Shown in pieces: positions 1-14,408 of a stretch of DNA of 64,000 nt. The translations under genes and the position numbers were made by a program. This DNA is from Octopus vulgaris (Eukaryota). The DNA lies in NCBI GenBank assembly GCA_951406725.2, contig OX597823.1:40982001-41046000 (forward strand), given 5' to 3'. The notes beneath the pieces were generated by a model. The model did no database searches. It was not told the origin of the DNA and was given only the letters and a program-made list of their open reading frames with translations. Numbering within the stretch: the first letter of the stretch is position 1; every line of letters begins with the position of its first letter.

Positions 1-331
1 TATTCAACTGTAATTAGTATCTATGGCTCTACTCCTAAATATACTTAAATTTAATGCAATGACCTCCAGATTAGATTTATCATCATAAATATATTTATTT
101 TCCATAGAGTATTATCATTTTGTAGAAGCATGTACAAAAAAATACATACACATAGATACATATGAGCGTATACAAAGGCTATATGCTACCAACACACAAA
201 ATCTAGGTAGGCATACATAAATCACTCTCTCTCTCTCACTTTCTCTACCTATCTATCTATCTATCTGTCTATCTATCTATCTATCTATCTCTCTGTCTAA
301 CTATCTCTCTCTCTATATATATATATATCTA

Positions 332-374
<43 letters not shown>

Positions 375-959
375 ATATATATATATATATATATATCAAT
401 ATGTATCTACATACACTATATATGTATATGTAACCGAATACCGCTAGTGGCTAATGGTTAGTGTACAGAAATAAATATATTCACACACAAGATCAATATG
501 TTTAAAGTAAGATTTATAGGCTTACATTTATCACCATTATTTACAAACATTCGAACGGTTCTCTGTTAAAATATATTCGTAGGAAATATGTGTATATCTA
601 TGTGTCTGTAAATACATGCTCATGCACTTTAATATAAAGAATTATAAATGAGCATGTACGTCATAGATCTGAATATATATGTCTCCCTCTCTCTCTCTTT
701 CTCTCTCTCTCTCTATCTCTCTCTCTCTCTATCTATCTATCTCTGTATTTTTCTATCTCTCTCTATCTGTCTATCTATCTCTCCATCTCTTTCTGTCTAT
801 CTGTCTCACTCTCTAAAGCTTCCTTCCCAATCACATGGTTCCGGCTTCCGTTCCACCGCGTGACACTTTGAGTAAGTGTTTTCTATTATAACCTTGGGCC
901 GACCAAAGCCTTGTAAGTGGATTTGGTAGACGGAAACTAAAAGAAGCCCGTCGTACATA

Positions 960-2078
960 CAGGAGTTGGACAAAATAATGGAAACACCTTAAAATTTCAA
1001 ACAAATTTATTTTAATATGGGGTAGGACCGCCTTTGGCAGTAATTACAGCTTGAATTCTACGGGGTATGAACTCGTACAAAGTTTGAATGGTTTCCAAAG
1101 GAATTTTTGTCCATTCTTCAGCTCTTGTAGTGATGATGGTGGTGGATATCGACTCCTTAATTGTTTTTTTCTAAAATGCACCATAAATGTTCATTAACAT
1201 TGAGATCTGGGGACTGTGGTAGCCAGATAAGATGTTCAACTTTCCTAGAATGTTCCACATGCCTTTCAGTAACAACTTTTGCTGTGTGAATTGGTGCATT
1301 ATCATTATCATCCTGAAAGATTGCATTTCCCTCCGGAAACAGTTCCGCAAACATACGATGAATTTTATGGGATAAAATGCTTAAATAGTCTTAACTATTA
1401 ATTCTGCCATGAAGGGAAACCATTGGGCCGACGTATTTCCATGATGTAACCCCACAGATCATCACAGATCCTCCTCCATGTTTAACAGTTGAAAGAAGGC
1501 AGTCTGGGTCAAATATTTCTTCAGGCTGTTTCCACACGTATACTCGGCCGGTGGCCGGAAATACGGTAAAGGATGACTCGTCCGAGAAAATAACATTCTT
1601 CCACTGCTCTAGGAACCAATTCTGTAGGTTTTTACTCCACTCTAAACGCTTTGCAACGTTTGTTTTAGAAATTAGTGCTTTTCTGATTGCAGCCCTCCCG
1701 TGAAATCCGGCTTTGTGCAGCTCCTGGCGAACAGTTTTTATGGAAACTGAGTTCTCGAGGTGGTCATTAAGCTCTGCAGTAATTTTTGGAGCTGTACTTT
1801 TCTGATCCTCTTTAACAATTCGCGTAAGAGTCCAACGGTTCCTCTCCGAAAGTTTTGGTTTTCTTCTGGAGTTTTGTTTCGACGAGGAGGTTTTCCATCT
1901 TTCTCAAACGGTATCATTAGGATATCTGAAAAGAAACAGCAATTTTAGCAAAATATATCGAGCAACACTAATAATAAATAAAAAGACATAAAAATTAAAC
2001 AAGCTTTTGACGGTTTTATAGATAATTCAAAAGTATGATGTTATGATGCTAAGTATATCCATTATTTTGTCAAACCCT

Positions 2079-2080
<2 letters not shown>
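960..2080 (-). mobile_element. Decayed Tc1/mariner DNA transposon with TIRs and TA target duplication
   Basis: Left end TA|CAGGAGTTGGACAAAATAATGGAAAC; right end TATCCATTATTTTGTCAAACCCTTG|TA (imperfect TIR of about 25 bp). Internal transposase motifs lie on the minus strand. Confidence 0.9.
1100..1930 (-). pseudogene. Tc1-family DDE transposase remnant
   Basis: Minus-strand translation gives NVIFSDESS (about 1570-1597), FQDDN..APIH and WLPQSPDLNVNEHLW (ORF 1157-1354). The frame is broken by stops and frameshifts. Confidence 0.88.
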
Positions 2081-2112
<32 letters not shown>

Positions 2113-2412
2113 AGATATATAAATGTGTGTGTGTATATATATTTTTGTATGTGTCTGTGTTTGTCCCCCACCATCGCTTGACAACAAATGTTGGTGTGTT
2201 TACGTCCCCCTAAACTAGCGGTTCGGCAAAAGTGACCGGCAGAATAAGTACTGTGTTTACAAAGAATAAGTCCTGGGTTCGCTTTGTTCGACTAAAGGAG
2301 GTACTTCAGCATGGCTGCAGTCAAGTGACTCAAACAAGTAACTGAAATGAAATATATACATATATATGTGTACATATATCTTTAAGGATATATATGTATG
2401 TATATAAATACA

Positions 2413-2462
<50 letters not shown>

Positions 2463-2484
2463 CACACACATATACATATATATA

Positions 2485-2819
2485 TTGAGAGACCCCCTTC
2501 GGTCACAGACCATGGGATTACACCTAGGAAGTTACCCTTCCAGGCACAAGTCCGGGCAAGTCTTTATGAAAGACTAGCAGTCGCTCATGCATACCGGCCT
2601 CCCCTCTCCACACCACCAGTATTATCCAAGGGAAATGCAAAGGCCAATACAGCTTGGCACCTGTGACGTCGCATCTCATTTCTACAGCTGAGTGTACTGG
2701 AGCAACGTGAAATAAAGTTTCTTGCTCAAGAACACAACACGCAGCCCGCTCCGGGATTCGAGCTCACAATCTCACGGTCGTTAGCTCGACGCTCTAACCA
2801 CTGAGCCATGCGCCTTCAC
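2485..2819 (-). mobile_element. tRNA-derived SINE (family A)
   Basis: Minus strand has A-box TGGCTCAGTGG and B-box-like GCTCGAATCC, then TTGAGCAAGAAACTTTATTTCAC. A close copy lies at 14070-14408. Confidence 0.85.
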
Positions 2820-2836
2820 ACACATACACACACACC

Positions 2837-2872
<36 letters not shown>

Positions 2873-2875
<3 letters not shown>

Positions 2876-2984
2876 CCACCAAATCATGTTACAAACGAAC
2901 ATAATTTGGTGGCAAGCACTGTGCATTTGCTCATTGTTATTAGTGTATACTTAGTCACTGGCAGACATTCTCCTTAACTTCTAC

Positions 2985-3033
<49 letters not shown>

Positions 3034-3148
3034 ATGTATGTATGTATGTATATGCAGTAGAAGTTAGGGAGAATGTCTGCTAGTGACTAAGTATACACAA
3101 TAACAATGAGCAAATGCATAGTGCTTACCACAAAATCACGTTCGTTTG
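2873..3148. repeat. Inverted repeat with arms of about 100 bp around a microsatellite loop, plus a nested small hairpin
   Basis: 2892-2992 is the reverse complement of about 3050-3148. 2873-2915 forms TTGCCACCAAAT...ATTTGGTGGCAA. Confidence 0.85.
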
Positions 3149-4080
3149 CAAGTAAAATTTTAGAAAAAATATTTTGAAATGTAAGCATGTACACATTAGG
3201 ACGATGGATGGGCAGAAACCTTAGCGTTCTGGACAAAATTGCATTGGATTTCTTTCGGCGCTTTAAATTCTTAGTTCGTTTCCCAGGAGGTCCATTCTAC
3301 CTTTAATGCAACTATTGCACATAAAATATAGTATTTGGGACGATTTAATCGATTAAATCCTTTCTCACAAAATTTCATGCCTTATGTTTATAATTTTTTT
3401 ATATACACAAATGTATAAAGGCAAAGACTACTGGTGGAATAGTCTAGTAAAAACAGCAACCTGGAGTAAGAAGTGGCCATAAACAGTTGGTATACGACAG
3501 AGGGGGAATGTCATGCAGGTTTCTAGAAGTTGCGTGCCGAACACATGTGAATATCTCTTCAAATATCTGTGAAAGAGAAGAACTTCTTGAAAAAAACTTA
3601 AGAGAAAGCTACAGTTCTTATATCCAAGTTATAGATATTTATATATTTGTTTATTACTCAATTCCGTCTTTTTTATATGCGGAATTGACTAATTTTTTTT
3701 AATATCACCTATCACTTAACGCATGCGTATAAGTACAACTGCGGGAAATATTCACGCTTATTTACGTGGCAGATATATTGCATTTTAACTAAAGGTTGTA
3801 TCATATGTACAGGATATATATTGTTATTTATGGGGGAAATAGAAAAATAAGAGTGAATATTTATTTTATGAGTTCTGCGTATTAAGTCTATAAAATTGTG
3901 CATAAAGAATATAAAGTGTATATATAAAGTGCATTAAGTAATCATCATATTCGAATTACTTTCACTTTTCAATGAGTAGCAGATGAGCGACTATCTTTTG
4001 ATACAGACACAACATAGGCTACGCTTTTAAGTTTTTTGAATAAAGTTTTCAGAAATAACCTAATAGGTTTACCTTTAATT

Positions 4081-4108
4081 CCCTGGAATATTCACGGGTC
4101 TCGCTAGT
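4081..4108 (+). mobile_element. Possible Helitron 3' terminus
   Basis: Imperfect palindrome CCCTGGAATATTCACGGG followed 5 nt later by CTAG|T, which resembles the Helitron hairpin plus CTRR end. No 5' end was identified. Confidence 0.4.
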
Positions 4109-6345
4109 TTATATAATTATGGGGACGCGTTTAAATATACATGATATAATTACTAATACTTTTTGGGGGTAGGGGGTTGAAATGTTTACTATTATTTATC
4201 AAATAATTTTCACAGACATTTTTTAATAAATATTAGTAAAAACCGAAAATATCTTTGTTGCTTGTCTTGGTAAAGAATTTGTTACTGTTAATCGAGCTGA
4301 CATACGATAAAAGATGTTCCATTTGTGATCATCCTGATGTTTTGTATATCAGTAATATATTACCTAATGTTTTTCCCCTTTTATGTCCGGGATTTATTCT
4401 TTTCTTTTCCTCAGTCAGGACGAAGGACCAGCGATTATGATCTCCATAACCCTCCGCTATAATCACCAATTTCACGTTCATATTTCCATGCTCGCATGGG
4501 ATGGATGGTTCCTCTGCAACACAGCATTCTACACACAAGCACACACAGACACACGTATACATACACGCATCCTTTCGCACATACGTACATTCAGACATGA
4601 TCAGTCCTGAGAAAGACTTTATTTGAGAGATTTTAGCTGTGGTTTCTAACAAATTGGCTGTCAATGAATATAAGTTATTGAAACCTGTGATAAGTATCGT
4701 CTTCAGTGCTTTTTCAATGCTATCACATGTAATAATATATTTATATTTATAAAAATTTACGTAATTTTCTTAAGTCAGTCATAAAATTAAACAGTAAGTA
4801 TTAAATTTGAAGTTAAAATTTAATCATATTTTACCATATGCTATATGGCGATGTATTACATTATTAATATTCAGACAGAAATTATTATTCAAAAATATTT
4901 ATTTCAAGCCTAAGGTAATAAAATAGAATAGTTGATGTCTAAAGACAAAACATCTTCCAGTTAAAACTTTATATGTATTTCTTTATTCAAGAAAATGAAA
5001 TAAAAGACACCAAGAAGAAATACATCAAGAGTGATGCAATAAAAACAAAATGGTTTCTCTAATGTCACAAATAGATATTTATTTGTTTTATAGACAGGGA
5101 ATTTGTATAACTTTAAAAGTATTAAGTGCAATGTCTAGAATGTTACAGGAAGAATATACATACACGTGTGTATGCATGGGTGAACGTGGTTGTTTATGTG
5201 TATGTTTATATACATATATATATATATATACAATTAAATATGTATATTTATATACATATAAACACACGCACACAGATGTATTTGTCTGAATATACGCGTG
5301 TATGTGTATATGCACATGAATGTATGTCTATAGATGTATATGTGTATATATATGTGCATATATATATATATACTCACACACACATATGTAATATGTGTGT
5401 GTATTTATATACATATATACACATGTATATATATACATATATATGGATATATATATATATATATACATACATACATATATATATATATATGTTTATACGT
5501 ATTCAAACTTACATATATACATGCATATGATATGCAACTATGTGTGTACAAACGTTTATAGACGTATATTACATATGTACTTATTTATAGATGCATAGTC
5601 GCATATATATACGTAATCATTTATTTCTCTTTCTGTCACACATACACTCGCGCGGGCGCACTTAAAAGTATACAGACATACAACGAGATTAAAGGAAAGG
5701 TGTGAAGCGCATAACACTGAAGCAGATGATGACAGATCGAAGAGAAAGCGACTGATAGACAATAAGAGAGAGTGAGGGATACGTGAGGATGAGAGGCAGA
5801 GAGCGAAGAGGGAAAGATATTTCTATGTATTTGTGTGTAGGTGGAATGATGATGAAACTTTGACAGTAACGGCATGGACAACTTTAATATTTGCTTAACT
5901 GGAACTACTTCTACACGGTCTGTGAGTTACAATCTCCTGACTGTAAAATTATTCTCATTTTGTTAACATAGATTATTTTCGAAATTCCTTTACGACAACG
6001 AGATTATATTTTCACATTGTTTATTTTTGCTTATTATTTTATTTTCTATTTACTGGCATATCTAATATAGTTTTATTGCTCTTTTCGTATAATAAATAGA
6101 TTTTCCTACTAGCATATATTCTAAAGAATGAGGTATCAGAATAACAGTTTTTGTACGTATTAATTCTGTTTTACTGTGTGTATGGGTGTGTGTGTATTCG
6201 AGGATTTAAAGATATATTCAATATGAGAAAATGTGAGAATGAAGAAAAGTAACTATATATTTTATATATATATATATGTGTGTGCATGTATGTAGTTTAC
6301 ATATATATATATATATATATATACGCATATATTTATGCATATATA

Positions 6346-6469
<124 letters not shown>

Positions 6470-8364
6470 TATTTATATTTATATAATGTTATCTGCAAAA
6501 TGTTCTTTGATAGTTTGAAATTCCGTATTGAATTTATAAAGTAAATTGCTAAGATATTTTCTTCATTTCATTCTGCAATTTTAAATCCTTTCTCTTCATT
6601 TATAATTCTAGTAAAGAAGATTGCTTTTTACTGACTTTTCCTATGTATTTCCATTCATCAGCCGTAGTAATGTGCCATTACATGTGACATTGAAAATTAA
6701 ACTAGCTAAGGTTAGATAATGAATCAGTGTTGCTTGCGTCAGCATTTGAAGATATTTGTGGAATATGCCATGCGAAAAGCTTAAATATTCTTTCAGGGTG
6801 AAATTTACGTCAGCAAACCATACTTTAAGATATGTAATCTAAACAGCTTAAGTAAAATCTTAGTAGAAATGTTATCAGCAAATATTACTCTGTTGATGCT
6901 GCAGTTAAATCGAATTAGAAGTGAATGATATTACTTTCTGTTTTAGAACCGCTAAATATATTAAGCTCATATAATGACAGAGTTCAGTATATTTTATATA
7001 CGAAGCATTTCATATTTTAAATTGGTGTCATATTTCAATAGTACAGAACTGTTCATAATAGCAAAAATTGGAACAACTTTGTTTAGCTGGAACAATTCTG
7101 ACAAATTTGCAAACAACCACATTAATAATACACTTGAAAATGTCATTTAGAAGGTTACTGCAAAAATGCTGGCCTCTGTAACGGAAATAATGTCGCAATA
7201 GAGCATTTGCCATTACTTGTGTACATCACATGCCTTTTCCCCATAGAAACTTGTGGAAACACCATAATATCCTGCTTACTGCAAAGCTTTTGGCTAACTC
7301 TACCTTGTTTAATAGTTTGTCATTGGAGGAAAATAATAAGAGCTCTTGAGATTGAAAAATTTCCTGAATATGTTATCATTGATCTATCAGTTAGCTAACG
7401 AACACTTAGCATGGATGGCAGATACTATATCTATAAACCTCAATGGTCAATTTACAATACCATTTAACAATAAGGCGTGAATGAAGTTATTCACAAAATA
7501 AGCGGAATTCACCAACATAATGGCTGCCCATTCTGAAATAGAACTAGCCGTTTCTTTCTTAAATATTAACAAATTTAAGGTGAATTTAAAGTCATTATAT
7601 ATATTCCATCTATTAATCTATCGACTTAATGATAGCTTTGAGAAAATCTTCGAAAGCTGCCAATTAAAGGTGTTTGGGGGTAAACTATACATTCGAGTAG
7701 CCATTAAACTACACGCAGAAAAGTGAAAAACTTACGTTTGCAAGATAAAATAATTATTACAGTGTAGGACACTTAATTGTTAATTTAGCTACGAATGGAA
7801 TCTGTGAATTGTAACAGAGCCAATAGTAAAATAAAGGTCATGAACTGACAAAATAGAGGAAATAGGGAATTATTTCAAGGATGGAAATGATTGGGAAATA
7901 GATATTGAAATGGGAGAAAATACTAGCACATAGCATTCAGGCAACCTACACAACATACACTTGAGGTAATGTTGCACTTTTAAACTTATATTGTTACTAA
8001 ATTTTAAAATGCAATTACGAAAAGAACTCACAGATATATACAATTAAATACATATATTATGCATTTCTCTCTGCCTCTGTTTCTCTCTCTCTATCTCCTC
8101 CCGCTCATACGTTTATTGATTGCAAACAAAGATTGTGACAATGTTTGCTTGCTTATTTTAGCGTCATTTCTCGGCCTACGGAATCGATCCTGGTGACATA
8201 GCGACTTGGAGACAGTTGCTTATCATAGCATTTCTTGCCTTGAAGTGGGTTTACCTGGTATATCACCTAAAAATTCGAAAATCTGACTAGTGGTTCTTTG
8301 AATACATCCACACCTCGCTGCTTTCTAATATATATATATATATAAATATACATCTATATAGATG

Positions 8365-8472
<108 letters not shown>

Positions 8473-9655
8473 GAGAGAGAGCGTGAGTGAGTGAGAGAGA
8501 GAGAGGAGGGAGTATACGTATATGTATGCCTTATTATATTCAATATGTGATGTGAAATAAAGTGATTCAAAATTCATGTGATACAATTAATGTATATTTA
8601 ATATATATTTAAAATATACAGGTGGAAAATATATATTGATATCAATGATTTATTTCGTTTTCATGACAACCACATAGCGTAGCACAATCCTCAATAAGAG
8701 CAGCGTCATTTAGATGTTAATTCTGGATCATTTCAAATCTCAATCACTAGAACATAACTTGCTGACTTTTGAGTTTACTTCACTGGAAAGAAAACATTAT
8801 ACCTTTTATTTCTTTCATGTTCAGTACTACAGTAAATCTGTACTCAGACAGTACTTTACAGTAAATAACAGCTTGATACAACTATTTTAAAATGCATCTT
8901 TCAATATATCTTTTTATCATAGAAATCCATTGTGAAAAATATTCAATGTAAAGTGTATTATAAAGTAAGAGAATATATACTCAATACTCGCTGTTGATAT
9001 TATAAATATTAATGTTATAGCTAGTACACATGCGTTTCGTTATCATAATTACGATTGTGCTATGATATATGAAACCTATGGTATAAAAATCCATGTGCAG
9101 AAGGCTTGATGTTATTTATATGCAGTAGCACAATACCTACAAGTAAGTGATATGTTCGTATGAGAGTGAGTATCACAAGATTAAACACAGCCACAGCAAA
9201 TAGACGTAAGCTGCGATGCTCACATTAATACAAATTGTAAGGAAAATATATAATTGATTGAATCGATTCCAGTTCACATTTGAGTCGTATTTCATCGAGT
9301 GTGGTGGGAAGAACATTGGAGGTAAACCACAGCAGGATAAGATCTCATAATTTAGATAGATGTCTCTAAAAGCTAACGAATGCTCATCGGCTGAGAAATA
9401 GTGAAAGACATACACGCAGGTGCAAAAAACAAATGATAATAGCAAAGGAAATATTTGCGTATTTTGCAGCAGAATGCACACTAACGGTAAAATGAAACTC
9501 ATGCACAAATAATGCATAAATCGTAGAAATACAGTGATGTGTGTGTATATGTGTGCGTGCGTGCGCGCGCATATACATATATACTTATATATATATCTTA
9601 CTCCTTTATAATAAATATACATGTATATTGATACTCTAATTACTGTTTCTTTATC

Positions 9656-9741
<86 letters not shown>

Positions 9742-9982
9742 GTGGATGTATGTATGTATGTATATGGGTATGTGTGTATGTATATATTATACTTCAAATA
9801 AAACGATATCGAACACATACAAGTTTAATTCTCAAATATTAAGCACGTAACATTTTCACATATAGACAAACACATATGCACACACACACACGCATACACA
9901 TACTCACTCACACACATGCACACACACACACTCACTCACACACATGCATACACATACACACGCACGCACACACACACACACA

Positions 9983-10036
<54 letters not shown>

Positions 10037-10954
10037 GAAAGAAAACATCACCAAAACCAATTCCGTAATAAATCATCACAATAATTGAAATAAACTTAGG
10101 AAAGCATCTATTTCAATGACACATATCTGGGGGCGGGGGTTAGACAAGGTCAATTGCAGTTATTGATTGATGATTAACAAAATTTTACGAGACTGGGGGA
10201 AAAAGAAAAAAGAAAACTTCAACAGCTCACAAACGGATTTAGTTTACAATTTCACTTTTGTCCCATTTGTAATGTCAGCAATGTTTTGTGTATTGACGCA
10301 CAGTGAGAAATAATGTCTATTTAATATCTATGGGCAATTTTTGTGGAGAACTTCTTTTACTTGTATCCTTGGTGTCAATTTTCTTTCTATTTCAAAATAA
10401 TAACCTAATTTATGACTGTGTGCGTATTTTGTATGATTGTATGTGTATAAAACTGTCTGTATTTATGTATACGTGTATGGTTATGCGTGACTTGAAGAAC
10501 GTTGTAGTAAACACGACCTAATCATGAGCTCAGCAGAAACGTTAAAATTGTTTCAGTATACGCATAGAATGTATAAGCAAAAAATAAAAGCAGAAGTAAA
10601 AGCTATCCTATTGTACCTCCCCAGCAATGTGTTGTTTCAGGTACAAAATGGACGCAAATTTCATTAAGGAAATTCAGGAAAAACGTGAAGCCAAGATCTT
10701 CACCTTTACGCGCCAAATATCTAAATATCACGGAAGCATATTTGAATGATGTTTCTATTGAGGTGTGTTCCAATAAGAGAGGTTAAAACCAGAGGAACAC
10801 ATGTGTATTCATATATATATATACTCGCGCACACGCGCACATGTATATATATATATATATATACAAAATGTGACCTTTCAAAATGTGACCTCGTGTGTAC
10901 CGTTGGCGATTTTTTTCCTCTGTCTTCCCTTCTCTGGATCTTTCCTTCCCCTAT

Positions 10955-10990
10955 GTTTCCGACGAAGAGCTCCGCTCGAAACGTTAAAAC
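10955..10990 (+). ncRNA. Minimal type-I hammerhead-like motif in a short PLE terminal fragment (about 10866-11088)
   Basis: GTTT-CCGACGA-A-GAGC(TCC)GCTC-GAA-ACGT-T-AAAAC. It has a U4C deviation and a palindromic stem III, and is flanked by (TA)n. Confidence 0.55.
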
Positions 10991-11084
10991 CCTCCTTCTT
11001 CCCTTCTTTCCTGAGCGTCCAATAATACTATATTTGTTCCACGTCCTCGCGTTGTTGTGTTTTTTTGTGTTTTCTTGTTTGGAT

Positions 11085-11125
<41 letters not shown>

Positions 11126-11746
11126 ATACACATACACACACGCACGCATGCACACACAGCAGGAAGTTGATGGATGTACATCAAAAACTATATCCACGAT
11201 AATTACAACCTGAATTGATAACATTCGTTTAACTTTAGCTGGTGATTAACTTGAAACAAATCCAAGTAAACAACGTAACATTCCTGATTATGTGATCAAA
11301 GAAATTTTTGTATATAAATTTTACTTAATTTGATCAAATTTAATTATGTGTCATTGTGTTAATGAAACAGGTGTTTTGTCAATTATTGTATGAACTATAT
11401 GTGAAATTTACACGTTTCTCCTTTTATCATATATCATAAGAGATATTTATGTATGCGTGTGTGTGTAAGGAAGAAGTACTTAATGTATGGATTTCATAAT
11501 AATGACATGAAAACTGGGGGTTTACACCAAAATTACGCAAAGTTTTGCCATAGCGCTTTTTCTATATGCAACAAAGGCATTGTTATAACCTACAAATTTT
11601 TATAGCCATTATGTGTTTGGTTACGACTAGGTTTATAAATACTGAGTTTCTAAGATTTAAATGCTTATACAGTAAATGTTTTCGCGACGACATTTTGAAA
11701 TGTGCTCCCTCCAGAATTCACTAAGTGACAGCCATCCATCCAACCA

Positions 11747-11817
<71 letters not shown>

Positions 11818-13305
11818 ACATACATACATACATACATACATATGTACAAACATAGATACACAAAAACAATCACGCGCGCGCGCACACACGCACTATATAT
11901 GAAGAAATAATCCTTGGTATGGAACAACACAAACCAAATTCTTCAGAATATGTTTTAGCAAATTCTATCATCGAGGATATCCTTTATAGTTCCGTGGTGG
12001 CTTCAGCGTTCGGCCTCTATGTGTGTAGCAAAATCGTTGAGATTTTTTTCCTCGTGTAGTTGCTTAAAAGAAATGACTGTGTTGCATTTATACACAAAAT
12101 GTTACTTTAAGATCGTAAGCGGTGGTGCCCCAGCATGGTCGCGGCCTTCGGGCTAAAACATTTTTAAGGATTTAAGGAACAATCAAAATTCTGCTAGTAA
12201 CAACCTTCCCTTATATAGATGTTTTCGATCTAGCTTGAATTCTATGCCATCTAATTTGATAGCAAAGAATCCAAATTAGATCGAAAACATCTATATTATC
12301 TACCCGAATGCAGTTGTTCCAACATCAATAGATGACCACTTATCGACAAATAACAACCAGCAGAGCGTTGGTATATTGGGCTTAAATAATATTGCACGAC
12401 TTGGCAGATAGGACAACGCATTACATATATCGTCGTAGATACGTGGTAAACGGTAAAAACATTCATGCATATTATGATATAATACATAAAGAAGAAAAAG
12501 AAATCATTAAACAGCTTAAAGATATACAAATACAAAATTATTATATTTATTATTAAAAAGAAACATTAAAAAGAAATGATATACCATACATCAACTATAT
12601 GCCAAATTCCAAAAATGTATAAAATTCTTGTTGAAACTGTATTTATTAAAATCTACAAGAGCAGTCAAAGTCCTTAGCATTAATAATAAGTTATATAAAT
12701 ATTTATAATGAAAAATATAAAATAATTTCGTCTCGAAGCAAACACTATTCTCAAATGAAAAGATATTGGATTATCAAAAGTATTAATACAGATACAAATA
12801 TTTAAACATATTTTAGATTTATTATAGAATAAAATCATTATAAATTATTACGTATTTCGTGAAAGCTGCATTAAAATATTTCAACTGTAAATTCATTTAG
12901 AAAAACAGAGAGTAAAAACGAATAGCATTTAATTTTCAAGACATAAATGTAATCGTAATAAATTCAAGATTCATTTGTAAAGAATATTAGAAAAGAAATA
13001 ACTTCCAATTGATATAAGAAGAGTGCCACATAAAATTTGTAATATCAAATAATAACATATTCTATTGCATTGAAGTCACTGTAACTATTAAAACAATAAA
13101 CATACACACTGCTAGATTAACTATTATTTTGTTATTTCGTAATGATAATAAGCGTGCGTCAGTGTCCAAGTTCATGAATAGATCAACATACCTGCTTCCT
13201 ATATGCATGTATGTATATATAGCATATTTATATGCATTTATTTATATATGTATATATATATGCATGTATGTATCGATATACATTATATGTATATATATGT
13301 ATATA

Positions 13306-13370
<65 letters not shown>

Positions 13371-13551
13371 GTGTATCCTATTTGGGAAGATGTGGCTGAA
13401 TGGAGTTAAAGTAGTGAGTGATAGTATAAATACCAGATGAGATGAAATAAGAATGTTTGTATGGAATATAATTGCTTGATATCCAACGATCTAATACACA
13501 CATACATACATATATATATATATATATAACGCTCGGGAAGTGAGAAAGTAT

Positions 13552-13584
13552 TTTACGTTTCGAGCCTACGCTCTTCAACAGAAA
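13552..13584 (-). ncRNA. Minimal hammerhead-like motif in a 60-bp PLE fragment within (TA)n
   Basis: Minus strand reads TTT-CTGTTGA-A-GAGC(GTAG)GCTC-GAA-ACGT-A-AAA. It has an A6U deviation and is related to the motif at 10955. Confidence 0.55.
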
Positions 13585-13639
13585 GGAACATATATATATA
13601 TATGTGTGTGTGTGTGTATTTACATATATAAGTGTATCG

Positions 13640-13987
13640 TGGCACTCCATCGGTTACGACAACCAGGGTTCCAGTCGATCCAATCAACAGAACAACCTGC
13701 ACGTGTAATTAATATGCAAGTGGCTGAGCACTCCACAGAAACGTGTACCCTTAAGGTAGTTCTCGGGGTGATTCAGCGTGCAACAGAAACAGGAAGAAAG
13801 AGCGAGAGAAAGTTGCAGTGAAAGAGTACAGCAGGGTTCGCCCCACCTCCACCCCAACTGCCGGAGCCTCGTCGAGCTTTAGATGCTTTTGCTCAATAAA
13901 CACTCACATCACCCGGTCTGGGAATCGAAACCGTGGTCCTACGACTGCGAATCTGCTGCCCTAACCACTGGGCCATTGTGCCTCCAC
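13640..13987 (-). mobile_element. tRNA-derived SINE (family B)
   Basis: Minus strand has A-box TGGCCCAGTGG and B-box-like GTTTCGATTCC. A related copy lies at 56170-56458. Confidence 0.8.
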
Positions 13988-14069
13988 ATATGTGCATGCA
14001 CACACACACACACACACATATATATATGTGCGTGTGTGTGTGTGTTTTGGAACACGCACACCTTTTAGG

Positions 14070-14408
14070 TTGAGAAACCCTTCGGTCATGACTGACCATG
14101 GGATTGCACCTAGAAAGTTACCCTCCCAGGCACAAGTCTGCGCAAGGTTGTTTAAGGAGGACAAGCAGTCGCCCATGGATACCGGCCTTCCCCTCTTCCC
14201 ACCACCAGTGTTATCCAAGGGAAAGGCAAAGGCGGATACAGCTTGGCAGCTGGGACGTCGCAACTCATTTCTACAGCTGAGTGAACTGGAGAAATGTGAA
14301 ATAAAGTTTCTTGCTCAAGAACACAACACGCAGCCCGGTCCGGGATTCGAACTCACAACCTCACGATCGTAAGCTCGACGCTCTAACCACTGAGCCATGC
14401 GCCTCCAC
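14070..14408 (-). mobile_element. tRNA-derived SINE (family A)
   Basis: A-box TGGCTCAGTGG and B-box GTTCGAATCC; aligns along its length with 2485-2819. Confidence 0.85.

Larger units (their letters stand above)
818..2345 (+). mobile_element. Bipartite SINE (head about 818-957, internal microsatellite, tail about 2150-2345) interrupted by a Tc1 element
   Basis: Head ending GATTTGGTAGACGGAAACTAAAAGAAGCCCGTCG recurs at about 25050, 33915 and (5' part) 63350. Tail GTTTACGTCCCC...GAATAAGTAC...CAGCATGGC...AAACAAGTAA recurs at 34085-34260 and 54720-54930. Confidence 0.75.

Noticed and set aside
2760-2819. tRNA genes at SINE heads (also about 13920-13987, 14340-14408 and 56390-56458)
   Set aside because: A and B boxes are present, but they run into shared SINE bodies and I could not fold a full cloverleaf.
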